Assembly: GCA_902778125.1 (NCBI GenBank)
Contig: CACYWH010000002.1
Coordinates: forward strand, 974-64,973
Direction of reading: 5' to 3'
Source: an uncultured Erysipelotrichaceae bacterium
GTDB taxonomy: Bacteria; Bacillota_I; Bacilli_A; RF39; UBA660
Length of the DNA: 64,000 bases
Of the stretch, positions 40,735 to 50,481 are shown one piece after another. The position numbers and the translations under genes were made by a program. Position 1 is the stretch's first letter, and every line of letters starts with the position of its first letter. Under the pieces are notes generated by a model. It made no database searches. It was not told the DNA's origin and worked only from the letters and a program-made list of their open reading frames with translations.

Positions 40735-42774
40735 ATGAATTTAAGTGAAGAAGAATTTCAAAAAGAAAAAAAGCATCTAGAATTAACTACTAAACTTTTA
40801 AGGGAGCAAATATCCGCACTAGCACAAGACTTATATGATAGTGAAGAAAAACAACAAGAATTTAAACGGTTTGTATGGGATACTAAAGCTGAACTTGATC
40901 CAACTGAAATGAAAACTATACTTTCAAATAATAATCAGGAAATTGATAATTTAGAAATGAAAGCAAAATATTATAGAAAACTTTACAAAATTCAAAATTC
41001 ACCATATTTTGCAAAAATAGTTTTTGAAACTAAAGAAGATGGAAAAAATGATATCTACATCGGTCTAACATATCTAACAAAAGACAATGATAATATTATT
41101 TATGATTGGAGAGCACCTATTTCAAGTATTTTCTATGACTATGAAAGTGGTGATGCATCATATGAAGCACCCGGAGGAATAATTAAAGGATTTCTACATA
41201 ACAAAAGACAATTTACAATTGAAGATGCAAAAATCAAGAGAGTATTTGATTCAAAATTAAATGTACAAGATGAGCTTTTACAAGAAGTACTTGCCAATAA
41301 AACTGATGAGTATATGAAAAATATAGTTAATACTATACAAACTGAACAAAATGCAATAATAAGAAATGTAGATGATAAAGTATTAATCGTACAAGGTATT
41401 GCAGGTTCTGGTAAAACATCAGTTGCTCTACATAGAATTGCATTTTTACTTTATAAAATCAAAAATTTAACAAGTGATAAAGTATTAATATTTGCGCCTA
41501 ATAAAGTTTTTAGTGAATATATTTCAAATGTACTTCCAGAACTTGGTGAAGAAAACACAAAAGAAACAACATTTAGTGACTTTTTAGAAACATATATTAC
41601 AGAATATAAATCAGTAGAATCATTTACATCTTTCATAGAAAGATATTATAAATATGAAGAAGGATTTGTTGATTTAATAAAAATAAAACAATCAAATGAG
41701 ATAATAAAAGTTATGGATGAATATATAGATAACTATTCTAAGAAAGCAAGTTTCACCGATGAAATATTGAATCATGATTTATATATTGAAAAAGATAAAC
41801 TTAACTACTATTTAAAAAATAGGTACTCCTCTATTCCACTATTTGAAAAAATTGATGAGATTGCTAATAAAATATCCGAAATGGAATTTAATGGAAATAA
41901 ATCTAAAACAAAGCAAATTAGAAAATGGTTAAAAGAAAGATTAAATATTTCACTAGATTTAAAAGAAATATACAAAGGATTTTATAAAAGTGAAGAATTT
42001 AAAAAATTTTATAATAAAGATATACCAGAAAACTATATAAATAAACTTAATGATAAAAATATATCATATGAAGATGCTTGCTTATTCGTATATATGAAAA
42101 GTTTACTTATGTTTTTAGGAAATGATTATACAATAGAACAAACAATTGTTGACGAAGCTCAAGATTATAGTCTATTACAATACATACTTCTTAAAAAAAT
42201 ACTAAAAAAAAGCAAATGGACTATTTTAGGAGATATAAATCAAACAATTAATCCGTATTATCAATATAAATCATTAGAAGAATTAGAAAGTGTCTTCAAA
42301 GATAATAGTAATTATGTAGAACTTAATAAAACGTATAGATCTAGTCCAGAAATAATAGAACATGCTAATAAAATACTAGGGCTTAATTTAGTATCTGCAA
42401 TTAGAAGAGAAACAAAAATACCAGTTGAATTTAAAACAGAAAACAATTTAAAAGAACAATTAATTGAAGATATTAATAAACTATTAAAAAATAATAAAAG
42501 TATTGCTATTATAACTAAGAATGATATTGAAACAAATAAAATATATAAACTATTAAATAAAGATTTAGAAGACTTAACTATAATTAATAACAATTCTAAA
42601 ACATTCTCAAGAAAACTAGTAGTACTTCCTTCATATATGGCAAAAGGATTAGAATTTGATGCAACAATAATTTATACTGACATAAACAATAAATATACAT
42701 ATGATGAGAGATATCTATATTATGTTTCATGTACAAGAAGTCAACATCACTTAATAATTTATAACAATGATTAG
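40735..42774 (+). CDS. helD: HelD-type (helicase IV-like) UvrD-family ATPase
   Basis: It has an N-terminal coiled-coil arm, Walker A GIAGSGKTS and IVDEAQDYS. The C-terminus reads YVSCTRSQHHLIIY. Confidence 0.8.
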   Translation: MNLSEEEFQKEKKHLELTTKLLREQISALAQDLYDSEEKQQEFKRFVWDTKAELDPTEMKTILSNNNQEIDNLEMKAKYYRKLYKIQNSPYFAKIVFETKEDGKNDIYIGLTYLTKDNDNIIYDWRAPISSIFYDYESGDASYEAPGGIIKGFLHNKRQFTIEDAKIKRVFDSKLNVQDELLQEVLANKTDEYMKNIVNTIQTEQNAIIRNVDDKVLIVQGIAGSGKTSVALHRIAFLLYKIKNLTSDKVLIFAPNKVFSEYISNVLPELGEENTKETTFSDFLETYITEYKSVESFTSFIERYYKYEEGFVDLIKIKQSNEIIKVMDEYIDNYSKKASFTDEILNHDLYIEKDKLNYYLKNRYSSIPLFEKIDEIANKISEMEFNGNKSKTKQIRKWLKERLNISLDLKEIYKGFYKSEEFKKFYNKDIPENYINKLNDKNISYEDACLFVYMKSLLMFLGNDYTIEQTIVDEAQDYSLLQYILLKKILKKSKWTILGDINQTINPYYQYKSLEELESVFKDNSNYVELNKTYRSSPEIIEHANKILGLNLVSAIRRETKIPVEFKTENNLKEQLIEDINKLLKNNKSIAIITKNDIETNKIYKLLNKDLEDLTIINNNSKTFSRKLVVLPSYMAKGLEFDATIIYTDINNKYTYDERYLYYVSCTRSQHHLIIYNND

Positions 42775-42780
42775 TTATTG

Positions 42781-42810
42781 ATGTCAACCAAAAAAGGTTG
42801 ACATCTTTTT
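42781..42810 (+). terminator. helD terminator
   Basis: The stem ATGTCAACC/GGTTGACAT is followed by a T5 run, 7 nt after the stop codon. Confidence 0.75.
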
Positions 42811-42826
42811 GATATTATGATATTAT
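42798..42826 (+). promoter_or_regulatory. Near-consensus promoter for the small ORF unit
   Basis: It reads TTGACA-17 nt-TATTAT with a TG extension (TGATATTAT). The -35 box is embedded in the helD terminator stem. Confidence 0.55.
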
Positions 42827-42859
42827 TCAATTGAATTTGAAGATGAAAGGAGTGAGAAT

Positions 42860-42946
42860 ATGAAAACAATGATTACAAATTCAAGAAAATTTATTTTTAA
42901 TAATTATGTACAAGTGGTGTGTGAGATATTCTCACCTAAGTTTTAA
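42860..42946 (+). CDS. Candidate 28-aa small protein (MKTMITNSRKFIFNNYVQVVCEIFSPKF)
   Basis: SD AAAGGAG lies 8 nt upstream of the ATG. It has its own promoter and terminator. It is not in the ORF track because it is shorter than 60 aa. Confidence 0.35.
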   Translation: MKTMITNSRKFIFNNYVQVVCEIFSPKF

Positions 42947-42962
42947 CTTTTCATAAAGTTTT

Positions 42963-42995
42963 AAAAATTATAAGGAAGCCATTTGTATGGCTTCC
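42963..42995 (-). terminator. gpmA terminator
   Basis: A 9-bp GC-rich stem GGAAGCCAT/ATGGCTTCC is followed by TTATAATTTTT on the minus strand. Confidence 0.55.
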
Positions 42996-43025
42996 TCAGA
43001 GTATTGAACTTTGTCAACACTCTGA

Positions 43026-43048
43026 AGTAACTTAATAGTTACTTTTTT
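43026..43048 (+). terminator. Terminator of the small ORF unit
   Basis: The stem AGTAACT/AGTTACT is followed by a T6 run. It abuts the gpmA stop codon. Confidence 0.55.
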
Positions 43049-43724
43049 ATTTTAAATAATAATGATTAATTGGTTTTAAATTATCATCAAGTTCATAAAC
43101 AAGAGGATTACCTGTAGGAATTTCAAGCCCTACTATTTCTTCATCCGATATGTTATCTAGATATTTTATAAGTCCTCTTAAACTATTACCATGTGCAACA
43201 ATTATTACTTTTTTATTATCTAATAATGATTTCTTAATATCAGATTCCCAATAAGGAATAACTCTAGTAATAGTATCTTTTAAACATTCTGTATGAGGTA
43301 AATATTCTTTATATTTATTTACCATATCTAAATACCTAGGATCGTTTTCTTCTAATGCAGGAGGTTGAACATCATAACTACGTCTCCATATATGAACTTG
43401 TTCCTCTCCATATTTATCAGCAGTTTCTTTTTTATTTAACCCTTGTAATGCACCATAATGTCTTTCATTTAGTCTCCAGCTTTTACATATTGGAATGTTT
43501 TCTTCATTTAATTCTTCTAATATATATGATAATGTATCATTCGCTCTTTTCAATACAGAAGTATAAGCAATATCAAAAGTATATCCCTCTTTCTTTAATA
43601 CTTGCCCTGCTTCCTTAGCCTCAATAATACCATTTTCTGATAAAGCAACATCTGTCCAACCAGTAAATTTATTTTCTAAATTCCACTCACTTTGACCATG
43701 TCTAACTAAAACTAATTTTATCAT
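43047..43724 (-). CDS. gpmA: 2,3-bisphosphoglycerate-dependent phosphoglycerate mutase
   Basis: The motifs [10 protein letters not shown]...FTGW, ERHYG and AHGNSLR are present. Confidence 0.93.
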   Translation of the reverse strand: MIKLVLVRHGQSEWNLENKFTGWTDVALSENGIIEAKEAGQVLKKEGYTFDIAYTSVLKRANDTLSYILEELNEENIPICKSWRLNERHYGALQGLNKKETADKYGEEQVHIWRRSYDVQPPALEENDPRYLDMVNKYKEYLPHTECLKDTITRVIPYWESDIKKSLLDNKKVIIVAHGNSLRGLIKYLDNISDEEIVGLEIPTGNPLVYELDDNLKPINHYYLK

Positions 43725-43756
43725 TTATATCACCTAGACTATTATATCAAAAATTA

Positions 43757-43948
43757 TTATTCATTATCAACATAATATCCTTCTTCATAATAATCTTCAT
43801 AGTCATATTCTCCTTCAGGATATTCATAATATTCTTCCTCTTCTGTATAGTCAATATCATCTACTACTTCTTCTTCAGTATTTCCACATCCAATCAAAGT
43901 AAAACACATCAATAATATAAATATACCTAAAAATATTTTTTTCTTCAT
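43757..43948 (-). CDS. Small lipoprotein with an extremely acidic Tyr/Glu-rich mature region
   Basis: It has a signal peptide with the lipobox LIGC. The mature part is about 42 aa and is dominated by E, D and Y. SD is AGGAGG. Confidence 0.6.
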   Translation of the reverse strand: MKKKIFLGIFILLMCFTLIGCGNTEEEVVDDIDYTEEEEYYEYPEGEYDYEDYYEEGYYVDNE

Positions 43949-44029
43949 ATTTTCCTCCTAACAAAATCATGTTAACAAACAATTATAAAAGATTTATCTA
44001 AATCAAGTGAAAATATTGTGTAAGATAGT

Positions 44030-44512
44030 TTAATCTTCTAAACCAATTTTTTCACGACTAGTACCATTGATTTTACACGAATATCCTGACATTTCTAAAT
44101 CTTTTACATAATTAGCAATATATAAAGCATCTTTTTCTTCTTCTGTCATATCTTTATAATTGGGTTGTATTTCTGTAACAATAGTAATTTTTCTATTTTT
44201 ATCGTCATACTCTACTTTATATATTATTCCCTCTTCATCTGCAGACCCTTCATCGTCAGATGATTCTTTTCTATCTTTATATGTAATTTCATCCATGGCT
44301 TCTTCAATTGTTTTGAATTCTGCATAAGTTAAATATCCATTTTTATCAAATTTTCCTAAAGCATTTTGAGTTATATCTATTTTGTCACTATAATCAGCAC
44401 TATAATCTACATTTTGCATACCACATTCTATAGAATATTTACCTTTGTTTCCACACCCACTTAACATTATCATGATTATAAACATAGCGATTATATTTAA
44501 CACTCTTTTCAT
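44030..44512 (-). CDS. Lipoprotein of unknown function
   Basis: It has a signal peptide with the lipobox LSGC. Confidence 0.55.
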   Translation of the reverse strand: MKRVLNIIAMFIIMIMLSGCGNKGKYSIECGMQNVDYSADYSDKIDITQNALGKFDKNGYLTYAEFKTIEEAMDEITYKDRKESSDDEGSADEEGIIYKVEYDDKNRKITIVTEIQPNYKDMTEEEKDALYIANYVKDLEMSGYSCKINGTSREKIGLED

Positions 44513-44557
44513 ATTATCACCAAGTATATTATAGCAAATAATATTATATTATTTCTA

Positions 44558-46333
44558 CTACAAATTTATTTTATCGTAGATACTTTTCACTATACATCTA
44601 TCGCTATCTTTAAGATTTATTTTTTTAGATGTTATATTACTTAGTTCTTTTGAAATATCATCCAGTTTATCATATTCCGTTATAGCAGGATGCATTTTAG
44701 CTAAATAATGTATATAATGATTGGTTTTTTTGTAATATTTTGCAACATCATTTGTTGAAACAAATACATACCCTATACTTCTCATATAAGCATTCCATCT
44801 ATTATGTTCATTTTTAGCAAGTAATTCCTCAATTTCACTTGAATATATTTCTTTAAACAACTTTTGATTTTCTTTCATATCTTTTGTGAATTTATCACCT
44901 AAAACAGAGTAAATTTTATATTTAATATGTAATGCACATGCCCTAGATGAACGTTTGTTATATTCTCTCAAATTATATCTATATAGGTTTTTATCTTCTG
45001 GATCATATGATAAATGAACTTGTATAGCTAATTTTTCTAAATCAGAATCTATAATATTATTATGACTATATAAATCATTTAAACTACCAAAAGCATTCAA
45101 ATCATATGATTGCCCTTTTTCATTTGATAAACCTAAAACTTGTTTTTGTTTATATTCATTTTGAATATTAAGATTAATTACCGGATTTCTATCAAATTCC
45201 TTTATGAACAATCTTCTTAGCATTATTGCGGTATCTATGTTTTTATCATCAGTTTCCATTGAGACTAAAACATAATTTATATTGCTTCTTTTTTTTATTA
45301 TATTCATTACTTTATTAGATTTTATATCTCCATTCACAAAAGTAATGTCATAATTTGATAATAATTCAGGCATTTCAACATTTAATTTATCTTTGATAAT
45401 ATCAGCATTTTTATCTACTACAAGTACTTCTAATTTATAATTAGGAAGCATTCCACACCATATAGAATCTTTTAAAAATTCAGTACCAATATTTCCACAA
45501 CCCACTATTAAAATAGAAATAGTATTGTTAACTGTATTTAAAAATAAGGGCTTGTTATTTAAAAGATTAAATATTGCTCTTTCAGTTTCATTAACAATTT
45601 CAACATCAATTTTACCATTATCAGTTGAATCTAAAATTGTTGGAGTTTCTTTGCTCTTGTTAATAACATAAATTTTAGTATTATCTCTTTTCTTATATTT
45701 AGCTATTAACTCTAATGTATCATTTAAATTTTTTTCTTCATTTTGTGAAATCATATAAAAGTTAACATTACTTTTAGGATTAATTTTTATGTCTGTAATT
45801 TTTTTATTAAGTATTATTGATTTAACACTTATATCTGTTTTAGAAAAATCACCAGTAAAAATAATAGTACAATTGTTCTTTAAATTTTTAGCTATCTTTA
45901 ATGACTTATCATTAATTTCTGAAAATATACATATTTTTTTATTATGAAATATTTTTAATTTTATATAAGCTATTATTTTTTCTAAATATGATAATATAAA
46001 TCCTACAGTTAATGATGGTAATATTAAAAACAAAAAATTTATTAATATAAAATATAAATAACCAAATGTAGTTTCAAGATTTATTCTTGATAATATATCC
46101 AAATTTTGACCCATCCCTATACATTTGGTAGCATATACAAAAGATGCAAAAGATCTTGTATAAAGATTATCATAATCTAGTAATGGAAATATTAAAATAG
46201 AAATAGCAATTATACATGTGATAATTGCAACAAAAATATTTGTTTTAATACTTTTTTTCTTTCTAAGAAACAAAAAATATATAATTGTAATTAATAATAT
46301 AATAATTAAACTAATAATAAATGATACCTTCAT
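44558..46333 (-). CDS. Multi-pass membrane protein with a Rossmann (TrkA-N-like) domain and a C-terminal RyR-like domain
   Basis: It has 4-5 N-terminal TM helices and the dinucleotide-binding motif ILIVGCGNIGTEF. The C-terminus reads LAKNEHNRWNAYMRSIGY...KMHPAITEYDKL, which resembles the RyR repeat. The start was moved behind GGAGG. Confidence 0.5.
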   Translation of the reverse strand: MKVSFIISLIIILLITIIYFLFLRKKKSIKTNIFVAIITCIIAISILIFPLLDYDNLYTRSFASFVYATKCIGMGQNLDILSRINLETTFGYLYFILINFLFLILPSLTVGFILSYLEKIIAYIKLKIFHNKKICIFSEINDKSLKIAKNLKNNCTIIFTGDFSKTDISVKSIILNKKITDIKINPKSNVNFYMISQNEEKNLNDTLELIAKYKKRDNTKIYVINKSKETPTILDSTDNGKIDVEIVNETERAIFNLLNNKPLFLNTVNNTISILIVGCGNIGTEFLKDSIWCGMLPNYKLEVLVVDKNADIIKDKLNVEMPELLSNYDITFVNGDIKSNKVMNIIKKRSNINYVLVSMETDDKNIDTAIMLRRLFIKEFDRNPVINLNIQNEYKQKQVLGLSNEKGQSYDLNAFGSLNDLYSHNNIIDSDLEKLAIQVHLSYDPEDKNLYRYNLREYNKRSSRACALHIKYKIYSVLGDKFTKDMKENQKLFKEIYSSEIEELLAKNEHNRWNAYMRSIGYVFVSTNDVAKYYKKTNHYIHYLAKMHPAITEYDKLDDISKELSNITSKKINLKDSDRCIVKSIYDKINL

Positions 46334-46437
46334 TTTTCCTCCACATAAATGTGTAATGCACATCCGATAAAATTATATCATAATTAATCTATTTTTAACA
46401 TGAATTTTCACATTATAAAAGCTCAGTTACTGAGCTT

Positions 46438-46977
46438 TTATATTATTTCATTTACCATATATGTCATATAAAGTCCACTATATATTTGTTTACTATCATG
46501 TATAGTTTCAAAATCCTTTGGTTTAACAAAATATGCTTTTTTATTAAATTTGTATATTTTTGCTTTTTCAAGAATATCTGCAATAAAATAACTACAAACA
46601 TATCTATTTTTTATAGTAAAAGGAGTTCCCAAAAATCTTGGAATAATTCCAATAAAATCATATTTATATTTTGAAGGATTTAATTGCATATTATCTAAAA
46701 TATTCTTAACATCTTTATACTGTTCTTCATTAACATCTAATTCATATATTCTACACGTTGTTTTATCAAATTTTTTAAAAAACTCACCTTGTTTTTTTTG
46801 TATAACAAATCCGCCATTCAATATTGAATTAACCTTTCTTCTACCAAAGCTATATATAGTATCACAATTTTTATCTAGAGATATTGCTACATGACTATAT
46901 TTATATCTAGTAAAAAATTTAACTAATTTAGATGGTATTGTATTTGTATGCATTAATATTAAGTATATTTTTTTCAT
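46438..46977 (-). CDS. Permuted papain-like (YiiX/YaeF, C92-type) amidase-like protein
   Basis: The His motif (YSHVAISL) precedes the Cys motif (RYVCSYFIADIL), as in permuted NlpC/P60 enzymes. Confidence 0.4.
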   Translation of the reverse strand: MKKIYLILMHTNTIPSKLVKFFTRYKYSHVAISLDKNCDTIYSFGRRKVNSILNGGFVIQKKQGEFFKKFDKTTCRIYELDVNEEQYKDVKNILDNMQLNPSKYKYDFIGIIPRFLGTPFTIKNRYVCSYFIADILEKAKIYKFNKKAYFVKPKDFETIHDSKQIYSGLYMTYMVNEII

Positions 46978-47031
46978 TTGAACTCCATTATTTACTAATT
47001 AATAATAACATAAAAAGTGTTTTTCTATCAA

Positions 47032-48378
47032 TTAATATTTACTAAATTCAGTACCATTAATATATAATTTATATCCATTTAAATTTATATTAGAATTTGT
47101 TGTATCATCATTAGTAAATGATTTAACATATGTATTTCCAGTTAATGTTATAGAGCTTGTCTTATCGATCGTTAAATTAACTTCTCCCTCATTGTTACTA
47201 TTAATTGCACCAACAAATGAAGAATTAGAAGTTAATTTCATTGTTAACTTAGATATTGAATCAACTCCAATATTTCCATTAACTTTTTGATTTGTTAAAC
47301 TTAATGTTACTATTCCACCATTAATTCCTTCTTTTCCCCAAGAATCTTTTTGTGCTCTTAAGAAATATCCATTTGAATCATTATTTATTATTTTATTATT
47401 TGTTAAATTGATAACTGCACTAGTATTTGAAACATAGAAAGAATCTCCATTATTTGTTGTAATAGTACTGTCTTTTGCTGTAAATGTAGCAACTCCTTCT
47501 GCAGCATCTCCGCTCATAGATTGATATATGAATATATTTTTATATGTTTTTGATTTTACATTTTTAGTATGAGTATCTGTTAATTCTACATTTTCTAACG
47601 TAATTGAATTTTTGCCTTCAATAATTACTCCTTCACTAGTTGTGGATATTAATTTAGCATTCTTTACTGTAATGTCAGCAGTAGAATATATTGCAGGAGA
47701 ACCAACACCGTTTGATGTATATGTTCCACCATCAACATTTACAGTTCCTCCTCCTCTATCAGATCTAATAGCAGCACTTGATTGACCGCTTGTAGTGATA
47801 GTTAAATTCTTAGCATTAGTAGTTCCTCCACCAGTAGTCATAATTCCACCAGAGTTTCCTTTATATGTAGTTATAGTTGAATCACTTATATTAATAGTTG
47901 TTCCATCACTACTTGAATTATTCGTTTTAGCACTACCACCATAACTAAACACTCCATTAGCACCAGTAGCATCAGTGGTAATATTAGCATTCTTTATTGT
48001 AACTACTGCTCCCCCTTTTGCAAGAATAGCTGAATTTGTTCCGTAAAAGCTTGTATTGTCTCCTCCATTAGAATCTCCAGTCTTTTCAATAGTTAAATTT
48101 GATAAATTAGATGTTATTTTACCTGATAGCATTATTGCATTTTCATCAGCATTACTTGATTTATAAGCACCACTGCTTATATCTTCGCTTGTAGTTATCT
48201 CTTTTGCTGATGAATAAGATACAGAAGAATTCTTGTTTATTTCTGGTTTTTCATTTGAAGAATCACCTTTGTTATTGACTGTTGTATTATTTTTGATAAT
48301 TAAAATCCAAAATAATCCTAAAAATAGAATTAAAACAAGTATGGTGATTATATATATTATGTTTTTCTTATTTTTCAT
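47032..48378 (-). CDS. Membrane-anchored beta-helix protein (Cthe_2159-like carbohydrate-binding family)
   Basis: It has an N-terminal TM helix. It contains repeated G/N/T-rich beta-helix rungs (..TI.NA.ITT.....GG...). Confidence 0.45.
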   Translation of the reverse strand: MKNKKNIIYIITILVLILFLGLFWILIIKNNTTVNNKGDSSNEKPEINKNSSVSYSSAKEITTSEDISSGAYKSSNADENAIMLSGKITSNLSNLTIEKTGDSNGGDNTSFYGTNSAILAKGGAVVTIKNANITTDATGANGVFSYGGSAKTNNSSSDGTTINISDSTITTYKGNSGGIMTTGGGTTNAKNLTITTSGQSSAAIRSDRGGGTVNVDGGTYTSNGVGSPAIYSTADITVKNAKLISTTSEGVIIEGKNSITLENVELTDTHTKNVKSKTYKNIFIYQSMSGDAAEGVATFTAKDSTITTNNGDSFYVSNTSAVINLTNNKIINNDSNGYFLRAQKDSWGKEGINGGIVTLSLTNQKVNGNIGVDSISKLTMKLTSNSSFVGAINSNNEGEVNLTIDKTSSITLTGNTYVKSFTNDDTTNSNINLNGYKLYINGTEFSKY

Positions 48379-48391
48379 TTAATCCTCCCTA

Positions 48392-48679
48392 TTAATTACT
48401 TTCACTTTTATTATCATTTGACTTTTTTACTTTTTTATTCTCACTAGTATTATCAGTACCTGATTTTTTAGAATGATTACTGCTTCCACTACTAGGTTTC
48501 TCAGGTGGTTGACCGTTTTTTTCACCAGGTTTTTCTGGTCTATTACCTTCCTTCATTTGCATACTCTGATTATTACTATTGTAAGAATCACTATTAATTG
48601 TGTACAAATAGAAAGCGCCTGTAGATAAAACGGCTCCAAATAGAACTCCTATAATAAATATAATTATTTTTTCTTTCAT
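48392..48679 (-). CDS. Small membrane protein with a low-complexity Ser/Pro/Asn-rich tail
   Basis: It has one TM helix. SD is AAAGGAG. It is coupled upstream of the beta-helix gene. Confidence 0.45.
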   Translation of the reverse strand: MKEKIIIFIIGVLFGAVLSTGAFYLYTINSDSYNSNNQSMQMKEGNRPEKPGEKNGQPPEKPSSGSSNHSKKSGTDNTSENKKVKKSNDNKSESN

Positions 48680-48805
48680 ATTAATCTCCTTTCTATTATT
48701 TATTAATTTTTTATATGTTCCTTTGTATTCCTCCTTTACATAATTAATAATATAACTTAAACCTTAAATTAAACTTAAAATTTTAATTATTTTTAAAACC
48801 CATAT

Positions 48806-48837
48806 AAAAAAGCTCAAACTTAGTTTGAGTTTTTTTA
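48806..48837. terminator. Bidirectional terminator
   Basis: The stem CTCAAAC/GTTTGAG is flanked by an A6 run and a T7 run. Confidence 0.65.
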
Positions 48838-48936
48838 TATTTATAATTAATATCTTTCATACTAATTCTTTTCCTTTTTTATATCCGCTTTTACTATATA
48901 CCATAGAGAAGTATCATACTCTTTGTCAAATATTAT

Positions 48937-49680
48937 TTATTTTAATAACTTCTCAAAAGCATTTGCATTTAATATTGTATTTGAAACAAATTTCCCTTTA
49001 TAAAAGTTTGCCCAGTTATTGAATATACATGGTGCATTTTTTGCTTTCTCTAATGAATCTATTTTTACGAATTTTAATTTAATACCTTTATCTTTTGCAT
49101 AATCAGATAATTCTTTTACTTCATATTCTACATAAGGACATTCATTAGAATAATAAATAGTAAAATCTTGGCTATCAATTTCCATCTTGCGAGCAGTATC
49201 ACTAAATTTAGGTGTATCTTTATCATCAAAAGAAAGTGCCATTAATTCATAATCATTGATTGTGTCTACAACTTTAAATCCATAATGTTCAAAGAATTTT
49301 TTATCTCCAATAAATGGTTTTTTCTTTTGTGATACTAATGTACAAATACCACTCATTTTTTTAGATTTAGCATCTTCAATAGCATATTCTAATAATTCTT
49401 TACCTATTCCTTTTCCTTTAAAACTACCAGCAACCCATAAACAATAAATATGCATATAGTTTTTTCCGTTAATAGGAACCCATGCTGTTTCTATTGGTTC
49501 ATATTCAATAAAGATTTTACCTCTTGCATTTAACTTTCTAAATACATGACCATCTTTTAGTTTGCTTTTAATCCACTCTTTCTTTTTATCAACACCATCT
49601 TGATGTTTAGGATCTCCAATTGCACAACAAATATGTTCAGCATCAATATTATTTTCATCTAAATTAATATACTCATTCAT
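48937..49680 (-). CDS. GNAT N-acetyltransferase with a YoaP-like C-terminal domain
   Basis: The GNAT motif reads YCLWVAGSFKGKGIGKELL. The C-terminal region ECPYVEYEV...APCIFNNWANFYKGKFV is YoaP-like. Confidence 0.65.
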   Translation of the reverse strand: MNEYINLDENNIDAEHICCAIGDPKHQDGVDKKKEWIKSKLKDGHVFRKLNARGKIFIEYEPIETAWVPINGKNYMHIYCLWVAGSFKGKGIGKELLEYAIEDAKSKKMSGICTLVSQKKKPFIGDKKFFEHYGFKVVDTINDYELMALSFDDKDTPKFSDTARKMEIDSQDFTIYYSNECPYVEYEVKELSDYAKDKGIKLKFVKIDSLEKAKNAPCIFNNWANFYKGKFVSNTILNANAFEKLLK

Positions 49681-49756
49681 AGTTCACACCTCATATCCAT
49701 TATACCATGAAAAAGAGAATTTTTATATTCTCCTAATATCTTAATCTTCCAATTGT

Positions 49757-50351
49757 TTATTTTTCATTAATCTTTGTTAAGACTTTTTTATGCCAACATT
49801 TTTTGTTACAATTCGGACATTTTATTTGCCATATTCCACCTTTAGTTATTCCACTCATACCAAAAAACATTTGATTAAAAGTAGGAATATATTGGTGCTT
49901 ACATTCTTGACATTCATAATATCCGGTTTTTCGTATGATATTTAGATTAAAAACTCCAAATAAAAGCAACATTACTAAAGCAAGTGCAATAATTATATTT
50001 CTAATTACCATAGGAATTTCAATAAATATCACAGCAAGAAGTATTAATACATATATAACAACACCTAGAAATGTTATAATTCTATTTAAAGTGAGAATTT
50101 TCTTGTTTTGACTTTCTATTTCGCGCCTCATCTCTAAAAGGTTTTCCTCTGCTTGTTCATTATAAGATTCTTTTATAATTTTTTTTGCTGATAATAGTTC
50201 ATTGACATTAATATCAAGTAACTTACATAATTCTAACATAATTTGAAATAGCCCTATCAGTAATATTTAGTTTTTTAGCTAATTCTTGTTGAGTCATATT
50301 TTTTTCTTTTCTTACCTTAGCAATAAATTTTCCTATTTTTTCTTGATTCAT
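49757..50351 (-). pseudogene. Disrupted XRE-HTH / TM / zinc-ribbon regulator (deletion plus frameshift inside the HTH domain)
   Basis: A 42-codon ORF (50223-50351, MNQEKIGKFIAKVRKEKNMTQQELAKKLNITDRAISN-YVRIM*) has a strong SD. The rest of the domain (MLELCKLLDINVNELL...) continues in another frame at 50239. About 10 codons (W-E-x-G-x-x-x-P-D) are missing relative to the paralog at 58509-59252. Confidence 0.6.
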
Positions 50352-50456
50352 AATTATACCTCCTCTGTTCACAATTAATTATAATATAAAAATTACTAAT
50401 TGTTGCCACAGTATTAGTAGAGTTTTAAATAATCGTAAGTTTACTATTTTATGAAC

Positions 50457-50481
50457 AAAAAAAGCAGATTTTTTATCTGCC
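50457..50481 (-). terminator. Terminator of the XRE-VanZ gene
   Basis: The stem GCAGAT/ATCTGC is followed by a T7 run on the minus strand. Confidence 0.6.
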
